This document shows, in pieces, positions 23,411-34,300 of a stretch of DNA of 64,000 nucleotides. The first letter of the stretch is position 1, and each line of letters opens with the position of its first letter. The translations under genes were made by a program, and so were the position numbers. Source of the DNA: Takakia lepidozioides (taxonomy: Eukaryota; Plantae; Bryophyta); the NCBI GenBank assembly GCA_030704615.1, contig CM060732.1, positions 10,292,001 to 10,356,000 on the forward strand. Reading direction: 5' to 3'. Under the pieces are notes generated by a model. The model was not told the origin of the DNA and ran no database searches. It saw nothing but the letters and a program-made list of their open reading frames with translations.

Positions 23411-26400
23411 ATGACGAGGCGTCGTTTGTTGGAGAACACAGGGCCAAGGCAGCAGGTGAACGCGGAGACTGATTCACAAGAGCAGACGGAGACTGAGGCA
23501 GCGGCTGTGACACAGTCGGCGATAAGAGTGCGCCAGCCTGTGGATGCAGAGATGAATCGCAGGGACACTGAAGGAGGTGGAAGCACGAGGAACGCCGAAC
23601 CGGAGAAGGTCCAGAAACCCTAGAGCAGACAGAAATTCCAGCAGATGTGAGAGGGAAGAGGAAAGCTGCAGAAGGGGATCCAATTTCAAAACCTAAGAAG
23701 GTGCCAGTAAGTTTTCTATAACTTACATTCATTGTTGAAGATCTTCCTAGAGATTGAGTGGAATGTCCCAGACAGGGATTGTCGCTACCGAGCATCACAA
23801 CAGTGATTTCTTTTCTACTCCTCTGCTAAGGGTTTACCGCACAATGAGTGGGTGACTGACGGTACGTAATCATCGTTGTTCAGATCATACAGTCTGTCTG
23901 ATTGCCTTTCAAGCAGTCCTTCCTCTTCCCTGCTGGCGACGGAATCACAATGGAGTCATCTGATAATCTGCACTTACTGTCCGCCCTAAACTATACTGAA
24001 TGTCGTTTGCCGCCAATCACTACACATAGATTGTCATTACACAACACCGATCCGGCAGGCCTTATCTTTTGTGATTGTCTTAACGCCGTTCGCTATCGCT
24101 CTCGCTTTTGTTTGAATACGGCAGGATCAGCTTTGCTTGTGTAGATTGTGCTGAATTGTTTCACACCATTCATAGTGAGTTCTTGGAGACAGAGTGATGG
24201 TCGTTACCGCCGTTCACTATTTGCAATTACTCAGTCAGAATTGAATGGCATCGTGCAGAAACTGTGAGACCAAGCCTACAGGATCAGAGGGGAAAGGATT
24301 TGGAGATGGGGACGAGTCCGTGACGGATATAAATGGGAAAAGCACATTAGTGTCTCCAGAGATCAGTGATAACTAGGATGAGTGCTGGAAAGATGCCAAT
24401 GAGGAGTTCGAGCTGGGCCTCATGATGGGAAAGAACACCCAGCAATTTTGCAACCACATGTTCTACGTCTGGGACAACCACCACCGATTGCTGGCATGGA
24501 TGGGATACATTCAGAAACACCATGCGAAAGACAAAGACAAGCATGTTGCTGTGGAGGCAATGGTTTTGGATCCTGGAAACGACATCGCTAGGCTTCTTAC
24601 AGCTATGCACGACGTGAACAAGTAAGTCATCCAGGAGATTTCATTCCCTCTGTAGTGTCTTATTAATCCTCAAAAAACAGTGTTAAGGAATGCAATGTTT
24701 CCAATGTTTTTGCAGATCGACAGAGAAATCGCATGTGACAACAAGCTTGGTCCACACACTATTCCGAATTCAGAGGATTGGTCTGATGAAGCTGGATGAT
24801 TTTCGGACAGTACTCCACCCAATATCATCAAGAAGTGCGAAACAGGAAGAGCTGCAGGCACTTGGTATTCTTTGACACGAGAGGCGTTTCTGGAGTACAT
24901 GTATGCGGTAAGCCCGAGTCTGTACTCAGTTTACTTTTCGAATACATGTTTGTAGTCCCTTCGGTGCTAATCACTACTTGAATCAATGCAGCAAGAACTG
25001 GCAGAGGCAGCTGAGAAGGGAAAATCCGAATATTACCGCACTACACCAGAGGAACTAAGGACATCAAAGGGTGTGGAAGCTGCAATAAAGAAGGATTTGA
25101 AATGCGAAGAACCAAATTGATGTCCGCCTTCGGAAAGCAGCTTAGAATAGTAGATCCTGGACTTGGTCCTGAGTTCCTTCAGCAGATCAAAACACACTAT
25201 GACAAGCATGTGCATCCGGAGATGCAGCAGGAGAAATTGCACCGGCTGGCCATATCGATGGTCGACCCACAAACAAAAATAAGGTGGCTGGAGATATGGA
25301 ACTCAGATCAAACAGTAAAGGACTTGAATCAGTTCCCAAAGAGCACCATACAGCCTGGCACAAAGGTGGAAGGAATCAGTGATTTGGTGTTTGATAACTG
25401 GCTCCACAAGGCTACATTTTGGAGTCAGGTGTGTATTCAAACATGCGTTTTTCTTCTCTTCAAGTATGTGATGAGTATCTTATTTTGCAATTCTGACAAA
25501 TATACAATTTGCAGCTCGAAAAGCGCGCGTCATTGTGCTGGATCAGACTTTGAAGGACCTGAACATTTCGATTGTTTCCCCTCCCCAAATGTCATTGGAG
25601 GCATACATAAGGAAGTGGAGAGGTCTCACCTGGAGATACTGTTTTTTCCGGGAGTTCTCCAAAGATGGTAACATTTTACGGTCCAACGACTTTGACAGTC
25701 AGGTTGGAGGAGAGTGGGCCATGATGCGAGTTGTGTACAGGTGCAATGTCATACTTGAAACTCTACTGTTTTTTTGGGAAAAATGTGGCTTCATATGGAT
25801 TGCAATCTTAGATCCAGATTGAATGTCGTTGACGACATTCACTTCTTTGTCTGAGTCATTCTTAAGCGAGTATATGAATTCACCTGGTTAGGATCTAAGG
25901 GTGTAATTATAGTGTCCCTGATTAGAATTGATAATGTCCTTGAATGGCGTTGACGACATTCACATCCGGAGTTGTTGAGAGGTCCTCAGAGTTATGTAAA
26001 TTTTTGTAATGTCCATAGAGTTACAGTGAGGGTTCCTCACTTCATTTTGCTGAATGTCAATGCAGACATTCAGTTGTTCTGCATTGTTTTTGCTCTTGCG
26101 AGGAATCTGGAGGCTTGATAAGCTCTGTTTATGAAAATCCAAAGTGAATGTCGTTGACGACATTCACTTCTGTGTCTGTATTATTCACCAGCGACAATTT
26201 GAATTTACATGGATTGGGAGCTAAGTAATTGGTTCCTTGTTGTATTTTTGTGAATGGCGTTGACGCCATTCACATACAGTGATGTTGTGAGGTCCTCAGT
26301 GATATGTTATGAATGTGCATTGAGTTTTCCGGGAGGTTCCTTACTCGAGTTTTTGATTTCCATCCTGTGATTTTGCTTCATTTGAGGAATAATAGGCTTG

Positions 26401-28885
26401 ATTAGCTTATTCACAATCCAAAGTGAATGTCGTTGACGACATTCACTTCTATGTCTGTGTCATTCCAAAACGATAGTTTGCATTCACCGTGGATTAAGGT
26501 GTATTTACAGATCATTGAATGGAATGTTTTGAATGGCGTTGACGACATTCACATCTGGAGCAGTCGTGTGGTCCTGAAAGGTCCTTGGAGCAGTTGTCAG
26601 AGCCATTTCAATCTATGTTTTTTTCATTCTGTTCTACTTGCATCTTACTCACTGAGCGCTTTGGTGGTTGGGATTTATCTCCTTTTTTCAGGTACACGAA
26701 ATATGTGCTTATGGAAGGAAATCACCTGAGCGGAATTCCAGACTATCTTGACATGTGGTCGGACCCTGCAAACGATCCAACCATGTATACTGCAGGGATA
26801 TTGAAGGACTGGAGTCCTTCTCACTTCAGAGACTGTGGGTGGTACCTTGACTGCCCACCGGAGCACACGACCTTTCAAGAACAGCATATGAAATACTTGA
26901 ACAATAACGCTGAGATGCTGGCGCCTTTGACTGACGAAGAGTACCAACGAAACATAGCAACATTGGCTGCCAAGGAGCCTGATGCTCAGGGAACGCCGCA
27001 GAAGGGAAAGAAGGGGGCCGCAAACCAAAAGACAAGGCTGTTGATGTCATAGCCATCTCACCAGCAAAGCCAAAGGACAAAGACAAGTCCAAAGAGAAGG
27101 AAAATGACAAGGGGAAGGAGAAAGAAAAGGAGATGGAGAGTGGGCAGGACTTTACTGCTGGAAGATATACCCGCACTCTTCAGTGCGTGTTCGATGCCAA
27201 GCCACACCCTTCCCGTTCTGATTCAGCAGGAGAGATGAAAATTGTTAATGAGGGTTGGCTGTCGATGATGCAGAGTCGAAAGAGAGGATACACTGGGGTG
27301 CCTTCGCCTACCTGGGACAATATAATCTCATTCCTCAATCTGGTGAGAATTCCAGTTTTCTTTCCTTTTTCTCTGAAAGTTTCGTTGGCAGTATTTCAGT
27401 CTCGTTCTTTGAAAACATTCTTGCCATCGTTCTTATAAAAAATGTCTGTTGCAGGTGAGCACAGGTCCCACCTTCGTGTGCGGTGTGCAGAAAACTTATG
27501 CGGCCGACATTGTCATTCTCGACATCCCGGATGGCCAGGCTGTGCCAGAAGTTCTTCCAAAGGGCAAGACGCCAGGCTGGAACAAATTCGAGGACAACTA
27601 CTGGAGTTGGGTGTTCGGGTTCTGTAAACTTTCCTCTCTGATGCAGGGACACTTCTGCTTTTTCAGTCATGTGACAATGATAGTCGTCGGGCATTGGCAT
27701 CATACCTCAAGTCTTCAGGGTTTGAAGTTTTGCGCACATGGAATTGTGTGAACAGCCTCTACCTTGTGAAAGGGGTTTCCCTGGTCAGCTGGTATGCCGT
27801 CTCCCTTCTGCTTGTGCTTTCATGATGAGTTTCAATGTTCTCTGCAGCTCCACTCTAGTAGAATCTGTTATGATCGACACCGATCATCACGATTCGTGAT
27901 TTTTTGTGTCTGAGTTCTGAATAGCCGATGTACACACTTCCACTATAGATTGTGTTTACCACACTAACCTGCTATCTTTGGCAGACGAGGATGTTCGAGG
28001 CGATCTGCCTGCGGAGGATTCGCACCTCCAAGACACCATCCTCCATCCGCAGCTTTGAGATTTCTGACCAGGGTTGTTTCGTCAACCCCCCTATGAGCCC
28101 CATGTCGATGACATTTTGTACAACTTCATGCAGTCCAGTCAGACTCTGAAGAGACCAGATGGCACTCCCTGGAGAGGTGCAAAGGAAAAGTCCCCAGCAT
28201 TCATGCAAATACTGCTGGAGTCATGCAGCCACCACTCTGCACGGGTGGTCGATCTTTTTGTGTCCACAGGTTCGTTCTTTCCCTTCCGAATTGGTTTCCT
28301 TTCAACAGTTTCATCTGCTTAAATCCCCCCACCAAACTGTTCATGTCCTCCTGTGTGGTGCAGGAGCAACTTACCATGCATGCAAGGCAGGCGGAAGAAG
28401 CCTTTTTGGCATGGAGGGTGATTCTGACCTCTACAACACAGTGCTCCTCCCCCTTTTGTCTGGCTCCACTTCAGGCACACAGACTGATCGGATTCAAATT
28501 CGAAATGATGACGATCCCGAAGATAAGCAGGTCGACAACGACTTTTCATGTGAGTAAGTGCTAAACCCTCTTTGGGAGCCATACTCAATTTCTCATAACA
28601 TCAAAGTTACAGTAATAACTTTTTCAGGCTGTCTTTCAGGAAAGGCAGCGGTGGATCTTCAGGAGATACAGTCATTTCTGGCGAGTCTGTTTTCGACAGC
28701 CCCCTTTCCAATTTTCTGCTTCCTGTTTATGCCGAAGCAATGGCACTTCACGCGGCCGAGTCCCTATCCCCTGACTTTTTCTGCCCAGCCGTAGGTGTAT
28801 CCAGCGTGGATCCGGTGTTCTAAAATACTTAGACTTAGATGCAGAGGAAGCGGGGATACATTGTACTGACTCTGAGTCAGACTGA
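23411..28885 (+). pseudogene. ParB-like + methyltransferase-like gene B (part of ParB domain deleted, frameshifts)
   Basis: MFYVWDNHHRLLAW..AMHDVNK (24422-24622); ADIVILDIPDG (~27500); KSPAFMQILLESCSHHSARVVDLFVSTG|ATYHACKAGGRSLFGMEGDSDLY (28185-28435). Intron positions shared with A and C. Confidence 0.8.
25820..26552. repeat. Array B: 7 copies of palindrome TGAATG(T/G)CG-TTGA-CG(A/C)CATTCA inside an intron (25741-26691) of gene B
   Basis: Starts at 25820, 25941, 26051 (degenerate), 26145, 26251, 26424, 26530. Confidence 0.9.
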
Positions 28886-29039
28886 ACTTATTTCTTAATA
28901 TTCATTTTCATACTATCTGGAAAACGTTGAATCCCCTTCCTCCACCGTAGTTGTTCCTTTAGAACAAATAATAATCACAGAATCAACTTTCATTTAAATT
29001 GCAATATGTATGAATCCATCTCACAAACCTCCCTGACTC

Positions 29040-29370
29040 TTCTCATATCCATTGTGCATTCATCTACATGTATTCATGCGTGCTCCATTCATGAATGTTT
29101 TCCTTTGTTCAACATCCATTGTACATTCATCCTCTGTACTCTTTAATCCACCCCACAAACCTTCCACACTCATTTCATATACGTTGTGCATTTGTCAAAA
29201 GTTTTGGTCATGCATCTTCCTGTCATGAATTTTTGTCATTGCTCAACATCCATTATACATTCATCCATTTTACTCTTATCCATCCCTCATTCATCCATCT
29301 ACATTCATTTTTCACACTCATCCATCTGTTTATCATCCAACTGTACATTCATCCATCCTTTATTCAATGC
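29040..29370. repeat. Low-complexity CATTCATCC-like pyrimidine-rich tract
   Basis: Recurrent cattcatcc / atccatt words. Confidence 0.55.
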
Positions 29371-29569
29371 CTTTTATTATGTCGTCCAGCTTGTTTCCGC
29401 GGTAAAGGGTGCCAATCCGCGGGAATACACTCCACTTCTTTCTGGGCGCGTGGTGACGCGGCCTTCACGTGTGATGACGTGGAGTGAGCCCCGTGACGTG
29501 GCATTGGCGCAAGGTGACGTGGCGTGAGCGCAGTTGCGCTCACGCGCTCACGTGACCAGGCTCACGCCA

Positions 29570-30340
29570 AGGCATCCCTGAACGCAAACCGACCTTTGAA
29601 ATTTCAATCCAATGTCGTTGTGGATGTTTGATGTTTTTGTCCTGCACCAAGGGTGCCTGTCATGTTTCTTGTCCATGCCCTGCAGAAGCCCAGCTAGTCC
29701 ACTGGAAGACGTGGGAGGGTTGAGCTCAAACAAGATGTCCCCATCAAACTCTACTAGCACATATTGAACCCGCTGCACCCGAAGGGACTCCCAATCAACA
29801 AAATGCAGCTCGCTCTTGCACCCAGGCACCCCTGCGAGGGCTTTCAATTTTGGAATGACACTCGTTATCTCTTGCAATTCGTCATCATCCAAGAATGGAG
29901 TCTGCAGTGGCGGAGGAATCTCAGAAAACATCCTCCGATGACGAGTCTGAAAGAGTCACGAATGTGGTGGATGTGCTCACCTCTTGTTTCACATGCACTG
30001 GGCCCTTCTGCTGCATGACCGATGCTGCAGTGCCAGGGGTAATTACTGATCCTGTTGATTGTCTTCTCTCTTTTCCAAGGACACGGTATGTGCCTGGAAG
30101 GACTCTCCACTTCCTTCCACACTCACCAACCAATGGTCTCTCCAAGTGCCCAGAATCCAAATTCCTATCCTCGTCATACATCTCTTTCTGAACAAGCAGA
30201 GAACCCAATTCCAGAGGGAACACTGTAACCAGCTCATCCTCATGAACAACTGCAAACCCATCGTCATCTGCAGTGGCAGTCAGTGGAAGACTACCTGCAT
30301 TGGAATGAAATCGAGTGAGTCTATCTCCCTCCCTGGACAC
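29570..30340 (-). pseudogene. 5' fragment of MULE-like transposase C, truncated within the Zn finger
   Basis: WRVLPGTYRVLG..TPGTAASV; FDGDILFEL..GMDKKHDRHPWCRTKTSNI. Close homolog of the transposase B N-terminus; homology stops at ~29575. Confidence 0.85.
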
Positions 30341-30406
30341 GTTTTCCTAAACTGACCCAAAGTTGCGATCCACAAAGGGTCCCCCGAACTGATAGCCCGC
30401 AATTCC

Positions 30407-30507
30407 CGAAAGGGGATCCACCCCAAACAAACTGAGGTGAATAAGGGTAGCACTAACGAAAGGGGATCCACCCCAAACAAACTGAGGTGAATAAGGGTAG
30501 CACTAAC
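30407..30507. repeat. 2 x 50-bp direct tandem duplication in the divergent intergenic region of module C
   Basis: AGGGGATCCACCCCAAACAAACTGAGGTGAATAAGGGTAGCACTAAC at 30411 and 30461. Confidence 0.9.
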
Positions 30508-31366
30508 CCAGAGACTGCGGGCGATGCATTCAACGGATGTAAGAATGACATGCACGGCGAAAGTTTCCACCGAACTTCGCAGTTTGCCACACTGGGAGAC
30601 ACCAACCAGAAAAATTGTTTTCAAAGACAAGAAGCCACAAGAAGCCGTGTTGTATTTGGATGAAAAGCAAACCCTGAACATGACATAAAACCATCCATTA
30701 TGGAAAGACGGCAACGACCCTGGAGACCAGTAAATAGGAAACCCCGAATCTAATGAGGTTGTGCTGTGCCAGAAGAGCACAACACAAACACTGACACTCC
30801 GGGGGACACCTCGCACGAATGTGTGCAACACATCACCATTGCCGACACAAACTTTTATACCGAATGACCGCATTGCAACGGTGACGGCGAAATGCAAACC
30901 GCTGGGTAGGCAGTACAACATACGTGGATGCATATGTGAAGCATCACAATTATTGCAAATCTGCAAGTACTGCTTGAAATTGAACTAGCAATATATTCTT
31001 ACGGCATTTCAGAATTTGAAAGAATGCAAGAAGGCTGCCATGTATTAGCAGCCGGCAAAGTACATCTGACATATATCACAAGTACATGCAACGGCATTGA
31101 AAGTGCCACCACTTTGTTTTTTGGATAATACAAAGACGCAAAAATGGATGAATTCCGTTCGCACACAATGATGACACCCGCATCCAAATACGGTTAACAA
31201 TGTCCAATTTTTATTTTGGTTACGTGCCAAAACAACCCTTGTTGCAAACGTCAAACTGGAGAGCTCTAGAGGCAGCGTGGGGAGCCCTTGTTTCCACTGG
31301 AGGAGGAAGAGAAGAAAGTCATTATACTTTACGAGCACTAGGGACAGGAATAGAGCCAGACATAGA

Positions 31367-34300
31367 ATGAGGATGAAAAGAGTAGACGAAGAGGAAAAAG
31401 AGGAAGAAGAGGGTAAAGAGGAAAGTTTGGCGATGGCAGAGCCGGATTCTGGAGAAGAACAGCAGCCCGCCATACTTCCGAGAACAGGTGAGGAGGAGAC
31501 TGCATCCAAGGGAGAGTCGGACGCCGAAGATGAAGTTGATGTTGGACTCATGAAGAAGCAAATAGTGGAAAAGAGGATGGGGGAGATGCTCCAGAACATG
31601 CTCGGCATAGAGAGCAGTCCGAACCGCAAAGGGTCTCCGACGATTGGGGAGTCTTCTGGAGAAGCTAAAAAAAAGGTACAAGTGATATCCACACCTATTT
31701 GGAAACTCAAACAGAGTGCGGCAACGCACACAGTTTGAGACCCTGTCTTTGAGCTTCAATTTTGATGTGAAAATCGGTCAAGTTGGGCCTGTTTGTTTGG
31801 TTCAATCCACCACTGATTGGAATCTCAAACAGTGTGCGGCAACGCACACAATTTGAGACCCCATTTGTGCTTCTCTTTTGATATGAAAATCGCCCACATA
31901 CGGCATCTCTGTTTGGTTCAATCCACCCCTATTTGGAAGCTCAAATAGTGTGCGGCAACGCACACTGCTTGAGCCCAAACTTTTTGCTTGTTTTTTGATA
32001 CGAAAATCGGCCACAAACGGGCCTGTCTGTCTGGTTCAATCCACCACTATTTGGAAGCTCAAACAGTGTGCGGCAACGCACACTGTTTGAACCCCCTTTT
32101 TTGCTTGTTTTTTAATGTGAAATTCGGGCACATAGGGTCACTCTGGCAGGTTGAATCCACCCCGATTTGGAAGCTCAAACAGTGTGTGGCAATGCATACT
32201 CTTATGAGCCCCCTCTCTGCTTGTTTTTTGATATGAAATTGGGCCCCTAGGGCCACTCTGGCAGGTTGAATCCACCCCGAATTGGAAGCTCAAACAACGT
32301 GCGGCAACGCACACTGTTTGAGCCCCCTTACTTGCTGGTTTTTAGATGTGAAAATCAGGCACCTAGAGCCACTCTGGCAGGTTGAATCCACCCTGATTTG
32401 GAAGCTCAAACAGTGTGCGGCAACGCACACTGTTTTGAGCCCCCACTCTGCTTATTTTTTGATGTGAAAATTGGGCCCCTAAGGCTTCTCTGGCAGGTTG
32501 AATCCACCCCGAGTTGGAAGCTCAAACAGTGTGCACCAACGCACACTGTTTGAGCCCCCTTACTTGCTTGTTTTTTGATGTGAAAATCGGGCACATAGGG
32601 CCACTCTGGCAGGTTGAATCCACCCGTTATTGAAAGCTCAAATAGTGTGCGCCAACGCGCACTGTTTGACCCCGTTTTTTGCTTGTTTTTTGATGTGAAA
32701 ATCAGGCACATAGGGCCACTCTGGCAGGTTGAAACCACCCCTTATTGGAAGCTCAAACATTGTGCGTTGCCGCACACTGTTTTGAGCCCCCTCTCTGCTT
32801 GTTTTTTGATGTGAGAATCGGGCCCCTAAGGCTACTCTGGCAGGTTGAATCCACCCCAAATTGGAAGCTCAATTAGTGTGCACCAACGCACACTGTTTGA
32901 GCCCCTTTACTTGCTTGTTTTTTGATGTGAAAATCGGGCACATAGGGCCACTCTGGCAGGTTGAAACCACCCCTTATTGGAAGCTCAAACATTGTGCGTT
33001 GCCGCACACTGTTTTGAGCCCCCTCTCTGCTTGTTTTTTGATGTGAGAATCGGCCCCCTAAGGCTACTCTGGCAGGTTGAATCCACCCCGAATTGGAAGC
33101 TCAAACAATGTGCGGCAACGCACAGTGCTTGAGCCCCTTTACTTGCTTGTTTTTTGATGTGAAAATCGGCCCCTAAGGCTACTCTGGCAGGTTGAAACCA
33201 ACCCTTATTGGAAGCTCAAACAGTGTGCGCCAACGCACACTGTTTGAGCCCCCCTTTGTGATTCATTTTTGTTGTGAAAATAGGCCACATAGGGCCATCT
33301 CGGTGCCCCTGCTGCTGACCTGAAACGCCTGACCCTTAAGCTTCCACCGCTTTGCTCCGCTCTCCCTTACGCTCCACTTCCTTCCCGTCTCCTGTCTGCA
33401 CTTGAATCCGCTGTCTGCTGCCTTTCCACTCTGGCAGGTTGAATCCAACCCTTATTGGAAGCTCAAACAGTGTGCGGCAACGCACACTGTTTTGAGCCCC
33501 CTCTCTGCTTGTTTTTTGATGTGAAAATCGGGCCCCTATGGCCACTCTGGCAGGTTGAATCCACCCCGAATTGGAATCTCAAATAGTGTGCGGCAACGCA
33601 CACTGTTTTGAGCCCCCTCTCTGCTTATTTTTTGATGTGAAATTGGGACAAACAAGGCTTGTATGCATGCTCGAAGCACGAAGAGTGTGCGGCAACGCAC
33701 ACTGTTTGTGCCCCCTTCTTGGCCCCCTCTCTGCCTTTTGTTTTATGTGGTAATGTGCCACATAGGGCCAAATGTCATGTTCAAAACACCCCTATTTGGA
33801 AGCTGAAACAGTGTGCGGCAACGCACACTGTTTTCAGCCCCCACACTGCTTGTTTTCTGATGAGAGATTGGGCCACACAGTGCCTGTTTGCCATGCTCAA
33901 AACACCATCTTTTCTTGCCTCTCTCTTATATCAATTTGAATGAACAACCCTGCAGGAGAAGATGCAAAGGGTGGCGGATGAGAACCCTTTGGGGCAGGGG
34001 AAGGAAATCATTGTTGATGTGGACGATGAGTTCTATGAAAGCAAAGCTGCCGAGATGTTGGGGGGTCAGAAGGTAAACTCTCAGCTTGTGGTGCAAAGTA
34101 TGCTTGCCCAGGGTGGGAGGTTGAAGATTCCCCTGTATAGGTTGGTTTCCATGCCCGCCGTTCGTCCACCCCTCATCAACGACATCCTGAAGCTGGAGGC
34201 CGAGTTTGTTCATGGGTATTTGGATGGATCTGCAGTCTTTTACGTTTCTACTAGGGATTCCAGAGGCAATGAGCTCCTTGTGGATGAGTCAATCGCGGAC

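Noticed and set aside
29522-29570. Helitron 3' end
   Set aside because: A hairpin is present, but there is no CTAG terminus at the junction and no Rep/helicase gene.
31802-33943. Short repeated ORFs (WKLKQCAATHT etc.)
   Set aside because: Artefacts of the 116-bp intronic repeat.
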